A stretch of DNA of 64,000 bases from Octopus vulgaris (lineage: Eukaryota). The stretch is taken from NCBI GenBank assembly GCA_951406725.2, contig OX597832.1, positions 7,874,001 through 7,938,000 of the forward strand. Direction: 5' to 3'. The notes under the pieces were generated by a model. That model worked only from the letters and a program-made list of their open reading frames with translations. It was not told where the DNA came from and searched no databases. Within the stretch, counting starts at the first letter, position 1, and each line of letters starts with the position of its first letter. The position numbers and the translations under genes were made by a program. Positions 12,433 through 25,386 of the stretch are shown here, in pieces.

Positions 12433-13137
12433 CATTATTAAATCTCAGAACGAGATGTAAACAGTGACCGCTCGACAATGTAAAGTATAATAGCCATCTC
12501 AATGTGGCTAACCACAAAGGGGAGTGTTACTGTAGCTTTTAGCCCCAGGAGATCATCGCCTCCAGCTGGCTTTAGGCACTCTATCTGTGCCCTTATGGTA
12601 TTTGCAAAGGGAGGCCATCCCTTTCTCGTAAGCCTAAGTGATACGCACCGGACTGCAGTTTCGAGGTTGTTATCTCTTACCAACGGGCGGTAATCACCGG
12701 ATCACGATGAAAGAGAAAGCCTGTATGCAAATATATAAGAGTTTTTCTAGTAACTTCCGTCACTGATTTCGAAAAACTGTCTGCAAGCATTATTAAATCT
12801 CAGAACGAGATATAAACAGATTTAATAATGCTTGCAGACAGTTTTTCGAAATCAGTGACGGGAGTTACTAGAAAAACTCTTATATATTTGCATACAGGCT
12901 TTCTCTTTCATCGTGATCCGGTGATTACCGCCCGTTGGTAAGAGATAACAACCTCGAAACTGCAGTCCGGTGCGTATCACTTGGGCTTACGAGAAAGGGA
13001 TGGCCTCCCTTTGCAAATACCATAATGACACAGATAGAGTGCCTAAAGCCAGCTGGAGACGATGATCTCCTGGGGCTAAAAGCTACAGTAACACCCCCCT
13101 TTGTGGTTAGCCATATTGAGATGGCTATTATACTTTA
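12431..13137. mobile_element. Fold-back HHR-bearing non-coding element (PLE pseudo-LTR/retrozyme-like)
   Basis: Inverted arms 12481-12800 and 12818-13137, with about 7 mismatches by eye and a 17-nt spacer. 34-bp direct repeat at 12431-12464 and 12786-12819. (TA)n on both flanks. Confidence 0.85.
12932..12970 (+). ncRNA. Hammerhead-like motif with altered 5' core (mirror copy at 12648-12686, minus strand)
   Basis: CCG-UUGGUAA-GAG(AUAACAAC)CUC-GAAA-CUGCAG-UC/CGG. Palindromic stem III ACUGCAGU and a GUC site. Confidence 0.55.
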
Positions 13138-14029
13138 TATATATATATATACAGGGAAAAACGATTCGCAAGCATATAAATTCTCTAAAATTAATTTGCT
13201 AAGATATTATTAATTTTGTTATTATGTGAAATGACTATCTAAAAAAAAAATTGATAATAACAGAATTTCCCATGTGCAGATTTTTATTTAAAAAAATCTG
13301 CACATGGGGAAGGACCTTCTACTACCATGTTCTTAATGATGAAATTAACCTCTCTGTATATATATCTACCCTCTTTTTAATGATGGCAAATGGAATAAGT
13401 ATAAAAATGTACATTGTCTATTTAATTAAAAAATTCTATATGTGGCTGAAAATCGCTCTGCATTTTAAAACTGTTGTAATACTTACATTGTTTAATAAAA
13501 TGAAGTAGCATGAAATGATTGTACTACACTACCTTGGATATCCTTGTTGCTTATTTTGAATATATATATATATATTTGTCTTTCGAATATTAATCATATA
13601 TAACATATTCTTCATATATGCCGAACTGCATGGCGAGCAAGGTATTGTCTTCTCAGCGATGAAGAGTTTGAGCAATAGAATTCTTTTTGTTAGGGCCTGG
13701 TATGCGCCGGTTAGATGATCTTCAATTTAGAGGATCTCCAATGAACTTACATAAATGCATTGCATATTTATAGGTCTTATTACTGTAAAATAACTTAGGT
13801 GAGACTCTTCATGCTATAAGTATTACACCGCTTAACACAATATGTCTGGTTGTCAGACTATTAGTCAATTAAAGGTTTATTAGGTAAGCAGTATGTGTAG
13901 GGTGTTCACCAGGATTACAAATAAAGCCCATTAAAATACAGAAGGTTCTCTCATTGTGAAGTCAAGCGGGGTGGGGAAATATGCAGGGAAGAGACGGGCT
14001 CCAGTAGATTACTTGATTATTGAAACGAC

Positions 14030-14237
14030 GCATCAGCTGCAGGCTGGAAGAGGCCTCATGACAGGCTCCGTACCGTATGGCTTGATGTGATTAGGGAAGA
14101 TCTCCAGAGGCGCAACGTCCCCTTGGAGGGTGCAGTGGGGCTGGCACGGAACCGCCAGTGATGGAGAGCACTGGTCGCTGTACTTGGTCGACTCTACGCA
14201 CTTTAGCGTCTCCGCGGCCGTTAAGAGGACCTACTAC
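14030..14237 (+). mobile_element. RTE-clade LINE 3' end remnant
   Basis: From 14042 translates GWKRPHDRLRTVWLDVIREDLQ...LARNRQ*WRALV, like the KRxxGRPxxxW...DRxxWR C-terminus of RTE ORF2. Confidence 0.7.
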
Positions 14238-14270
14238 ATATACTTAGAATCGGACCTTTTGGCTGGACCA

Positions 14271-14479
14271 CTTTATCTTTTACTTGTTTCAATAATTAGA
14301 TTGTAGCCATGCTACAGCACCACCTTGAAGGGTTTTAGTTGAAGGAATCGACGCCGGTACTCATTTTTAAAGCTTGGTTTTTATTCTACCGGTCACTTTT
14401 GCCGAACCGCTGTTACGCGAATGTAAGCACACGAACACCGATTGTCAAGCGGTGATGGAAGAAAACACGCACACAAACA

Positions 14480-14536
<57 letters not shown>

Positions 14537-14720
14537 TGAGATCATACACTGATTTCACAACGGGTTTCTTAAAGTTTCCGTCTACCAAATCCACTCAAAA
14601 GGCTTTGGTCGGCCTGAGGTTATAGCGGAAGACACCCGCCCAAGGTGCCACGTAGTGGGACTGAACCCCGAACAACGTGGTTGGGAAGCAAGCTTTGTAT
14701 CACACAGCCACTCAAACGCC
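14271..14720 (-). mobile_element. SINE family B with internal (CA)n
   Basis: Collinear with 4071-4475. Confidence 0.88.
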
Positions 14721-15044
14721 TTGTAAAATATTTTTTTATTCTTATTGTATTTTTACGCGATTTATCAACTTTGTTGACTGTTATATGATTACAATTTCAC
14801 AGCGAATTGCGTTCTTAAACATGAGATTTTAAAAATAAATTTAGGGAAAATGTATAGGTAACAGTTATAAAACAGTAAAAAGATATTCTGCTTTTGTGTG
14901 TTCAGGCGGAAGATATATTTGTGTAATAATCGGATGAGATATAGACATTTGTATATAGTAACATATAGCCCCATAACTACATACTTACAGACATAAGCGC
15001 GCACACACATTCATATATGTACATGTATATATATATATGTACAC

Positions 15045-15080
<36 letters not shown>

Positions 15081-15809
15081 AATGTACACGTATATATATA
15101 TAAATTTATACATACGTATATCTATCTACCTATATATCTATCCGTAAGACAGAGATTGATAGAGAAAGAGAGAGAGTGTGTGGGAGTAAAATTATTATTA
15201 AATTTACACTCTTAGATATATTTTCAGTAACTTAGCCATATACTTTTTATTTCCGTCTTTTGTTAGTTTTATTCCAACTGAATGGAAATAAACGATCATT
15301 GAAGCCGATTTCCTGTAACCTTCCACATAGACTTCAGTATACTATTAGCAGTATCATTCGAACTTAAAATTCCATCTACACAAACCGTAAAATATTATAT
15401 GTCCCTGAAAGCGTATCAGTGAGATTTTTCGTTATCCATTCAACTCGTAATTTTCCCTATTAAACAACTATTCGAATTTTTATTTTCTAAGAGCAGCTTC
15501 TTATGTAGTTAAAGTACATGAAGTATTACTTAATTTCGAAATAATAGGTTGATTTTATGAAACATTCATACTTGAACAAAGTGGTTTCAACAATAAAATA
15601 TACGAATTATTTCTTCATTGCGTAGCTGATGGTTGTGTAAAACTATTTCTTTGTGCAGTAACTGATCATTTAGCTGCGACACAAAGAATTTTTGATGTAG
15701 TTATTCGGCCACTTAACAACAGCAGCGAAGTATTCTTCAGTCTAAATTCTGCCGCAATTTTTCTCAATATATTACATTCCATTGGGCTCTATAAGTTATA
15801 AAATAATAG

Positions 15810-16025
15810 TAGTTTCGTATTTTGGTAACGGCTATGCAATTTTCAGAGGGAGGGCGTAAGTTGATTACATCGATTCTAGTATTTGATTGGTACTTATTTT
15901 ATCGACCGCAAAAAGGATGAAAGAGAAATCGGTCTCGGCAGAATTTGAACTCGGTACGTAAAGCTGGAAGAAATTATGTTAAGTATATCTTCCATCGTGC
16001 TAACAATTTTGCCACCTCACCATTT
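15810..16025 (-). mobile_element. SINE family A (degenerate)
   Basis: ttacatcgatt...ggtacttattttatcgacc...gaatttgaactc. Confidence 0.7.
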
Positions 16026-16387
16026 TAATACAAATTATAGTAATGGCCCCCAAAACAAACAAACAAAATAGCAACAAAAACAAAGAAAGAAAATTGGAAA
16101 GGAAAAACCAAAATATTATCTGGTGCACTTTGCATAGAAAGTAAAAGAAAAACAAATTTCATTTTTAAAGTTTTTTAGAGTTTGCCTTCTTTTTACGATA
16201 GTTTAGAATATAGCTAAATTTTTAATAACGCATTCTGTCACTGAATTATGTTCATGGATTTTTAATGCCTAAGTTATACTAGAAGTAAATTTTTTACAGC
16301 ACTTAGATATGAATAAGGGTTAATATGCTGTACATCGTATGACTACACAGAGATGGCTTTGTTGCTTCATAATAATATTGGTAATAA

Positions 16388-16938
16388 TGTTGGTTTAAAA
16401 TTTTGGCACAAGTCTGGTAAGTTTGGGTTGAAGGGTAAGTTGATTACATCGACTCCAAGCAGGGCTCAGCTGGTACTTATTATATCGACCTCTAGACTGT
16501 GGCCATGCTCGGCACCGCTTTGAAGGGTTTTAGTTGAGGGAATCGATTCCAGTACTTACATCGACCTCAATCAGGAATCAACTGGTACTTATTTTATCGA
16601 ACTCAAAAGAATAAAAGACATCGTCGACCTCGGCCGAATTTGAACTAAGGATGTAAGGATGGACGAAATGCCGCAAAGCATGTTGTCTGGTGTGCTAACA
16701 ATTCTGCCGACTCACCGCCTTCGTGTTGGTTTCAAATGTTGATACAAGGATCACAAGTTTGAGGGTGAGCGTAAGTGGATGACATCGACTCCAGAACTCA
16801 ACTAGTACTTATTTTATCGATCCCGAAAGAGATCAAAGGCAAAGTCGAGACCGGTGGAATTTGAACTCAGAGCTTACAGACGAAATTCTACTAGTCATTT
16901 TTTTCGCGTACTAACGATTCTACGCTCTAGCCGTCTTA
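16388..16938 (-). mobile_element. Cluster of family A SINEs with an embedded family B tail fragment
   Basis: Three occurrences of acatcgac...tggtacttatt. The family B segment gactgtggccatgctcggcaccgctttgaagggttttagttga lies at about 16495-16550. Confidence 0.75.
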
Positions 16939-17303
16939 ATGCTTTTTTTTTTTACATTCAATTTCAGAACATATTTGCTAGCATGATGTCCGAATATTTT
17001 TGACTTGTCTAGAAAGGTTCAACTATTTAACATTTTCTTTTTCCTCTCTCGCTATCGCAACTATCCAGCGGGACCGACTGCATACTTGTTTTAGTATCCA
17101 CAGGCAGTTTTTAGATCTTGAAGCTTCCTAGTTCCTTTAGGGATGTGGTAGCTTTACTTGCGCATTTCACGACGATCTTCCAAGGAAAGATAAGTTTAGA
17201 AAGAAAATTTAAATGCGTCCATGAAAAAATAGTTTTTTAAAGAATACCTCACAGTCAATGAGATACCGTGAAGCCCAGAAAACAGAAGGAACAATATGTG
17301 ATA

Positions 17304-17374
<71 letters not shown>

Positions 17375-17414
17375 CATACACATGTTGTAAGAGAAATTTA
17401 TATTCACTAATATT

Positions 17415-17612
17415 AGCACAAAGCCATCAATTGTAGGGAAATCGGTAAGTCGATTATGTCAATCCCATTACTTGACTGCTTATTTTATCGCCTTTCGATA
17501 GGAGAAAATGCAAAGTCGCCCTTGGCGGACTTAGAGATCAGAATGTAAAGATTCAAAAGAAATTGAATAGTACTTGCTCCGACGCACTAACGATTCTGCC
17601 AGCTCACCGCTT
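17415..17612 (-). mobile_element. SINE family A (degenerate)
   Basis: taagtcgatt...caaagtcgcc...ctaacgattctgccagctcaccgc. Confidence 0.7.
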
Positions 17613-19982
17613 GGAGTACGATAATGAGTTTTGTAGCTGAAAACATTATAATCATTTAGCATAAATTAAAAGAATTATGAATTAGCTTGTTAGATCAAGT
17701 TGGATGAACAAGTAAACAATACTCTTGCATGAATGTTTCCAAATACCCCAAATAGCTTTAATATTCGAAGACACGTATCTTACGAAATAAAATTGTTGCA
17801 AAATTTAAATTTTGCGTGACCTATATAGGTATAAACAAAATTTCCTTTAAAATCTACTTACAATGTATAACAGTCAAAATGGAAATAGAAAGCAACAATC
17901 TACAATACAAATGAAGAATTGTGTTGTAGCTTGTCGCTTTGTATTCAAGACAATAACTTTGAACTTTCTTCCGTATAAACAAGAACTAGAAAGTCTTCCA
18001 TAGAATATATTCCATAGAAAGAATAGTCAACCGGAGCCGAAGTTTTCAGACTCCGGTAATTTCTGCATAATGTAAGCAATGTGCATTGAATTCTTTGTAA
18101 AGAATTGATAAGGATGTTGAGGAACTTCTGCGGAACAATTGTAAACTTTCAGTTATTATGTCAAAATCAGAAACTTGATTCAATGAGTTTCAAAAGAACT
18201 TTCGGTTAGTTTGTTTCTGTAAACACCAGTAGCAATGTCAAATGTCTGATTGAATTATTACTTTCATATTGTTAATATATCTGTTGATCTGATCAAGAAT
18301 CTGCGGGCGAATATCTGAAAAGAACAAAAAAATAGTATTTAAAAGAGAAAGCTTTAAACATCAATGTGAGGGATAGATCAAAGCACTCGAGGTAATTTTA
18401 GGAAGAATGACTTACTTTATCAAATATAAAGTACAAATAGAAAAACACACATAATATGAACGCCTGATAGCAATATCTCCGCAGAGATAGTTGTGTGGTT
18501 AAGAAGGTTGATTCGTAAATACCGGGTTTTAAGTTCGGTCGCATTGCTAGACAGCTTGGAGAATTGTCCTCTACTACATGTTCATGTGAACAGAAGAGTT
18601 TTCGGTGTAATTTGATTGGCAGAGTGTGTGCAGATGCTCGTTGGAGAAAAAGGTACAGGTTCTTATGTCGTAAACTCAAAGCTGCGCCTGGTTTAACACC
18701 ATTACTTGGAGCTTGGGTAACTTTCATGGATTCCACACAGTTGTAAGCAGTCAGACCTGGCATCCGATCTCAGTATAAGTTTGCCCTTTCATCACACTCG
18801 TGCATGAAGTCGTGAATATAAACAGGGGTGTTGTACTTCATCCTCATACCAACTCATTAAAAACAGGTGATGATGAGGTTTTATATTCAACAGGTGTTCC
18901 AACCACGAACACACCGACTTGCAAAGTGTATATTATATAACATTATACAATATCTCAATTTTTAAAACACTATAAGGGGTTATGGCTACTATATTTGGCT
19001 GTTCTTTAATCCTGTAGAAGATGCTGGTTCGGTTGTTGTTAGCAGATATTTGATGGGAATACATAGATTTTAATGTGGGGTAGGTAACCTGTGTCAATCA
19101 TTAGAGATATGAGCTCCTCGAATTTGTTGAAGTCGACAGAGGTATAAGAAAAAAGTAGTGCATTGGTTAAATCTAATCCAGCAAACTTCTTATACGTATT
19201 TTGCTGAACCCAGAGAAAATTAAATTGACAGTATATACAAAAATGACTAAAAGCAGTAAATCAAAGCAATTCTCCTTACACACTAGTAAATTTGTCAACC
19301 AATTGTCTTCTAAATCTGCTAACCTTTTATCCGAATTGGTTTGACGTCTACAAATTGATTTTATATGCCTGAAATCTTACAGATTATGTTAGTCTGCTGG
19401 ATTTAATTGTGCCTCATTCGACATATTCTGCTAATAATCTACTGTAATTCTTCACGTTGTCTTACCACCCGTCTCTCTTCTGCTGTTTTGCATCAGGTAA
19501 GCATTTTGTGTGAAATCCTATCAGTAAAGGTACTCCAACTCCGATCACTTCATTATTTTTTTGTTAGGCACAATACAGTCATGATAATATAATTCAAATT
19601 ACCCTTGTATTCTAAGTGTGAAGCAGGTGGTTCTTGGGTACCATTTCTCACAACTCAGCGATTATGTAAAGCCTCCGCCGTAGACACATTCAAGAAGATG
19701 CGTTACGGTAAATAGAGATAATTATTAATTGACATTATAAATTATGTATTTTACGCAATTATGCAGTTCATGTAAAGTTGAGAATTCTGTCACTCGTGGT
19801 TGGAAATTGTATTAAGTATGTATGTTCTGTATTCTAAATATTCTAAATACATATTAGAGAAATACATATATACATGATCTTCAGCACATACATATCCACA
19901 CACAGGCGCGTATGTGCTGTTGATTGTGTATATGTATATGTATATACATCTCTATCTGTCTACCTATTTATCTATCAGCATT

Positions 19983-20060
<78 letters not shown>
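19983..20060. repeat. (TATC)n microsatellite
   Basis: Direct reading. Confidence 0.97.
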
Positions 20061-20061
<1 letters not shown>

Positions 20062-21199
20062 CAAATGCATTCATCACTCGCACACGGAAACGAAAATAAA
20101 TTGATAACATTTATCATGTTTTCTCTAATTGTTTTCGTTACATATGTTATCAGGAGCAGACAGTTGCAAAAATACGCGTTTAATGTTTTGAAGATTAATC
20201 GCCAAGGTCGTCTTTTCCTTTGATCTTTTTGGGGTCGATAAAATAAGTACCATTTCAGCAATGGAGCTGATGTAACAGACTTACCCCCTTTCCCGGAATT
20301 TCTGGCTTGTTCCAAAATTTGAAACCAATATTTTGAAGATTAATTTATAGAAATTTGAATGCTGAATTCTTGGAGGGTAACGATAGGAGTCAGTTTTTGT
20401 CTGGATCTATAAGCATCAAATTTCAATAAAATGTCTATCATAACCTTTTAGCACATCCACTTTATCGAAGGTGGTGTGGAAACGAATGTTCTTTATTACC
20501 CTCAGCTGTACAACTTATTAAATCCTGAGACGCGGACAATTTCGTTCGCCGCTGCGAGTTTATGAGGTGAATAGCTTGGGACAATTTGAGGTTAGATCCT
20601 AGTATCAAACCTTGTTCTGCACATTATCTTACCTTTTTTTGCATAAACATATTGTAATTATTGCTGCCTTTAAAGATATACTCCGATTGATTCTAAGATT
20701 ATTTATTCTTTTCATGTGAACAGGCTACATATAATTTGACAATGAAGCGGGGATCTTGTGCCTGAAGTCGTGGGTGAGATTAGTGTCTCGAAATTTAAAA
20801 GATTTTTTTCCGCTACTGTCCTGAAAGTGACTTTTCCATGTAATCAATAGATTCTATTTTACTTTGCTTTTCCAATATTATTAATATTTTCATGCTAAAG
20901 GAACAGGAATTTTTATTACATTAAGACATTTGCAATGCATTCCCTTAACTTCTGTTGCTGACTTTAACAAAATTAATATTAAACCTTTTATGACATGAAA
21001 CTTAGAAACTATGAACATAGCAAGTTCAGGAATCTTCTTCCAATGTCCGTGGACGCGTTTATATTGTATGGTGGACACGTTATTAAGTTAGTAATTTGTC
21101 ATTGCATTATATAGTGCTTCTTAGTGTCAGTTGTATAAACTTTAGCTTGTTCGAAACACCGCTTGTTAATGTTGTTTAAGCTCATGTTAGTTTTATTGA

Positions 21200-21425
21200 A
21201 TGTTTCCTAATCCGATAATAAATGGAATTGTGTTTCTGCGATATTCATGAGGATTGTAGGCGAGTGTTGGAACTCTTATTATTTCTTAGTGTTCCTTCAT
21301 TTGGTATGTATGTTGATCCTTATATCCAGATTTAAAGGAACAATCGAAAATTCACTATTTTCAGATTGGTGTTGGTTGTAAATTTTAGATTAAATCCCTA
21401 TGGTTTCTCTAACATTTTCTGATAC
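21200..21425 (-). mobile_element. PLE reverse-transcriptase fragment (Naiad-like)
   Basis: Minus strand GFNLKFTTNTNLKIVNF...NKSSN/SPTILMNI, matching the post-YxDD/thumb region seen at 27970-28135. Confidence 0.55.
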
Positions 21426-21854
21426 TTTTTTGTATGTCGATCGGTTTATATTGTAGGAACCACGAATTTTTTTACGATTACTTTTTTCATCTGCCAATGA
21501 TAAATATGTACACTAGGCGTCTAAATGAGAATAGTATGCACACGGGGACTTATCGCCAAAACTCTGCAAATCAGAGACACCGACAGCGTCGAAACGGATG
21601 TAACCACGCTTCGGAGAAAAATCCGAAAGCCTATAAACATGCTGACAATTTCATAATATTTGAAAATATATTATTTCCCAAGAAATATTGTTGTAATATA
21701 TCAATGAACACAGAGACGATTGGAAATGTCTATACGGGCTGCCCAGAAATACACACCAAAAGATCTATTAAACACTATAACTATACATTCTTCATAATTA
21801 AACGAATGTAGTGGAAAAGGGTAAAAATTCTTCCTGAATCAAATACACTTATAA

Positions 21855-22070
21855 AGGCTGGTTTTCCGGTTTCCATGGCGTATATGTTCCCCACCTGGTC
21901 GGAACGCTTGTCCGTCGCAGGGGTTACTCATTTTTGCCTACTGAGTTGACTGGAACAACGTGAAATGAAGAGTTTTTCTCAAGGAACAAAGCTTCACTGG
22001 TCCAAGAATCGAAACCGCAATCTTACGCTCATGAGTCTAACATCCTAACCACTAAGCCGCAAACTTCCAC
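21855..22070 (-). mobile_element. tRNA-headed SINE, family C variant
   Basis: Reverse strand GGCTTAGTGGTTAGG...GGTTTCGATTC...CTTGAGAAAAAACTCTTCATTTCACGTTGTTCCAGTC. Confidence 0.8.
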
Positions 22071-22502
22071 CATGGACGTATGCATGCGACATAATTAAGA
22101 ACAATGGGAAATTCTTAACCACAGTGTTACACACAGAAGAAACACTAATCGTGCGTATACTGTGTTCAACGGTAAATGAACACATAAATAACTGTATAAT
22201 GAAAAATATCAATTAATGGAGATCAATAGAAAACAACCAACTAAATTTTTTATTCCATTCAGCTAACTGCTTACAGGTGCGAAAGCAATTTTGATTCCAC
22301 AAATACAAAAAAATGGCAATCAACAAAGCACAATGAACTTGCGTTAATGCTAGAGTTAAATGATATAATAGCATGCGTAGACCCGACCATACAATTTGTC
22401 CATTTTAATAATTAAGACTTCGAAGCATCCATTTACAAAAAAAGTCTTTCATAGAAACCTCCAGAATTTATTATATAAACATTTCCGCAACTAACACCAA
22501 TG

Positions 22503-23007
22503 TACATACATACATACATACATACATACATACATACATACATACATAATACATACATACATACATACATACATACATACATACATACATAAAATACATA
22601 CATGCATACATACATACATATATAAAATACATACATGCATACATACATGCATACATACATACATACATACATGCATGCATACATACATACTTACATGCAT
22701 ACATATATACATACATACATACATACATACAAGCATGCATACATATATAGATACATACATACATGCATGCATGCATGCATGCATACATACATACATACAT
22801 ACATACATACATACATGCATGCATACATACATACACACATACATACATACATACATAGAGAATACATACATGCAGTTATACATACATACATACACAAACA
22901 CATGCATGCATATATACATACATACATGCATGCATGCATACATACATACATACATGCATACATAAAATACATACATGCATACATACATGCATACATATAT
23001 ACATACA

Positions 23008-23041
<34 letters not shown>

Positions 23042-23051
23042 CATACATACA
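22503..23051. repeat. (CATA)n/(CATG)n microsatellite, about 550 bp
   Basis: Direct reading. Confidence 0.97.
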
Positions 23052-23280
23052 TTATCACTGATAGAATACAGTATCACAAAGGCACATTCCAAGGAGACAG
23101 TCTCTCTGTGATGTTTATACTTTCGGTAAATCCCTTGTCATTCATGTTAAGGAAGTTTAAAGGCTATCTCACTGGCTCACAAGGAAACAGAAATAACAAA
23201 ATTACACACAGCTTCTTTGTGAATGACTTTGTGAGGAATATGCATGAGATGAAACAGTTCTTTGACCTAGTTACAAAAAT
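23052..23280 (+). mobile_element. R4/Dong-like non-LTR reverse-transcriptase fragment
   Basis: KGTFQGDSLSVMFILSVNPLSFML..GY...ITHSFFVNDF corresponds to RT motifs QGDxLS and a degenerate (Y/F)xDD. The clade is inferred from GxFQGDSLS...PLS..L..GY. Confidence 0.75.
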
Positions 23281-23575
23281 CCTAAATTTTATTTAATTTG
23301 GTTTGCGGGAAGGATTGTTCCAACGAGGTCGCGTCTTGCTCTTGCCTTCGAACGTGGAGTGTTTGAAATAGGGACAACTGAAACGAGGGAATATTCTTTA
23401 TGTTGCACATCTCGTTTCTTTGTTTTTTTCGTTGTTCGAAAAAAAGTTAGTTCCTATGCTTTTGTTCTTATGTTTTCGTTTCTCATAGTGTTCAACGTTT
23501 TTTTGATGCCCTGTACCCATATATGCATGTATATATATATACATGTAGGTATGTACATATATGTATGTATGCACA

Positions 23576-23629
<54 letters not shown>

Positions 23630-23632
<3 letters not shown>

Positions 23633-25386
23633 TTGGAGATAAAACCACTATTAGGCAAATCAAACAGTGAAAACATAGACCAAAACATAGAAATAAATTA
23701 ATTAATATAATATACAAAATATATAAAATATAAAATTCAAAATTTAAATTATTTACATTTAAAGTTAAAATTTAAAAACTTTTTAAAATTATTAATTTAC
23801 ACTTATAAATTTATATATATATATATTATTATTTTTATTTTTATCATAAATTTTTATTTTTATTTTTATTGTTTATTTCTTTTATTTTTTAATTATTATT
23901 ATTATTTTTTAATTTGATTATATATAACTATCAAAAAGTATTAAAAAGTGTAATATAAGATAAAAAGTAAAACCACTACGATCGTTTCATGCCTATAACC
24001 TAATTCGAATAACAATAATTTAAATTCAATTAATAATTCGAATTATGGTTATAGTCAATCTTCAGGTTAATGATAAGATTTAAATAAATAATCAAATATA
24101 TACATGTTTTGATAGCATAAATTCTAGTCTTTAATAACTATATTTGTTGATAGTTATTTTAAATATTTTATAATTGTTATTTTAACTTAATATATTGCTT
24201 TTTTTCAATTGATAATTGGTAGTAGTATTTTTCCCATTGATAAATATATTCGTAGTATTTATTGGATACTATATAACTACGGATTGATTTTTCATTAAGT
24301 ATTTTATTATTTCATTTCAGTTCTTAACTATACGGTTTTTGTAGGTTATTTATTAGCCAACGAGATATATGGATTATCAATTAGTTATAGCGTTCTTTTA
24401 AGTTTGTTTGTTTACAATTTGCTTTTTCATCTTTAATCTTTTAATATATTTATAAGTAATAATGAATAATAAATTTATTAGGTCTTTATTATATATGCAT
24501 ATATATTTATTGATAGAGATAATTTTAGATCTTAATTCTTATATTTATATACATTCATATATATTCATTGATAACTTAAGTTATTATTCAAATATTATAT
24601 AATTATTTGACTTGAAATTAAATTTAATAATATGAATAGTGATTTTTTTTCTTTTGTTAAATATTTAGGTAATTAGATATTGACTATAACTGAGATTAGA
24701 TTATTTGTGGGTTTATTATGTATTTTTAAAGCCATATTATATGTGAATAGATAAATACATTTTCTACCTATTCTTACCTTAAAAATTAATACTTAAAAAT
24801 TAATATTTAACATTATAGTCGATTGTATGACATAATCATAATCGTTAAAGGTTCTAGTTTGATAATAGAGTTCTTTATAAGAAAAATTATTATTTTATTT
24901 ATTTCTTAAAAAATATTGTTTAAATATATTTGATTATTTATTTAAATCTTATCATTAACCTGAAGATTGACTATAACCATAATTCGAATTATTAATTGAA
25001 TTTAAATCATTGTTATTCGAATTAGGTTATAGGAATGAAATGATCATAGTGGTTTTAGTTATGTATATTTAAATAAAAAAATTATTTGAAAAAAAAAGAA
25101 ATCATGATAAAAATAAAAATAATAATATATATATATATATATATACATATAAATTTATAAGTATAAATTAATAATTTAAAAATTAAAAAAAATTAACTTT
25201 AAATTTAAATAATTTAAATTTTGAATTTTATATTTTATATATTTTGTATATTATATTAATTAATTTATTTCTATGTTTTGGTTTATGTTTTTCACTGTTT
25301 GATTTGCCTAATAGTGGTTTCATCTCTAATTTGATATATATATTTATACTATAAAATTAGATTTAATCCTATTTGGATTTACTCCC

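Noticed and set aside
17900-18330. Possible RTE RT remnant on the minus strand (VPQKFLNIL)
   Set aside because: Only a single weak motif.
18765-18805. Minus-strand GTGATGAAAGGGCAAAC resembling a collapsed HHR
   Set aside because: No second strand for stem II and no GAAA.
19383-19502. Exon-like segment with TTACAG acceptor and CAG/GTAAGC donor
   Set aside because: Stops in all three frames and no partner exons; cannot be supported without transcripts.
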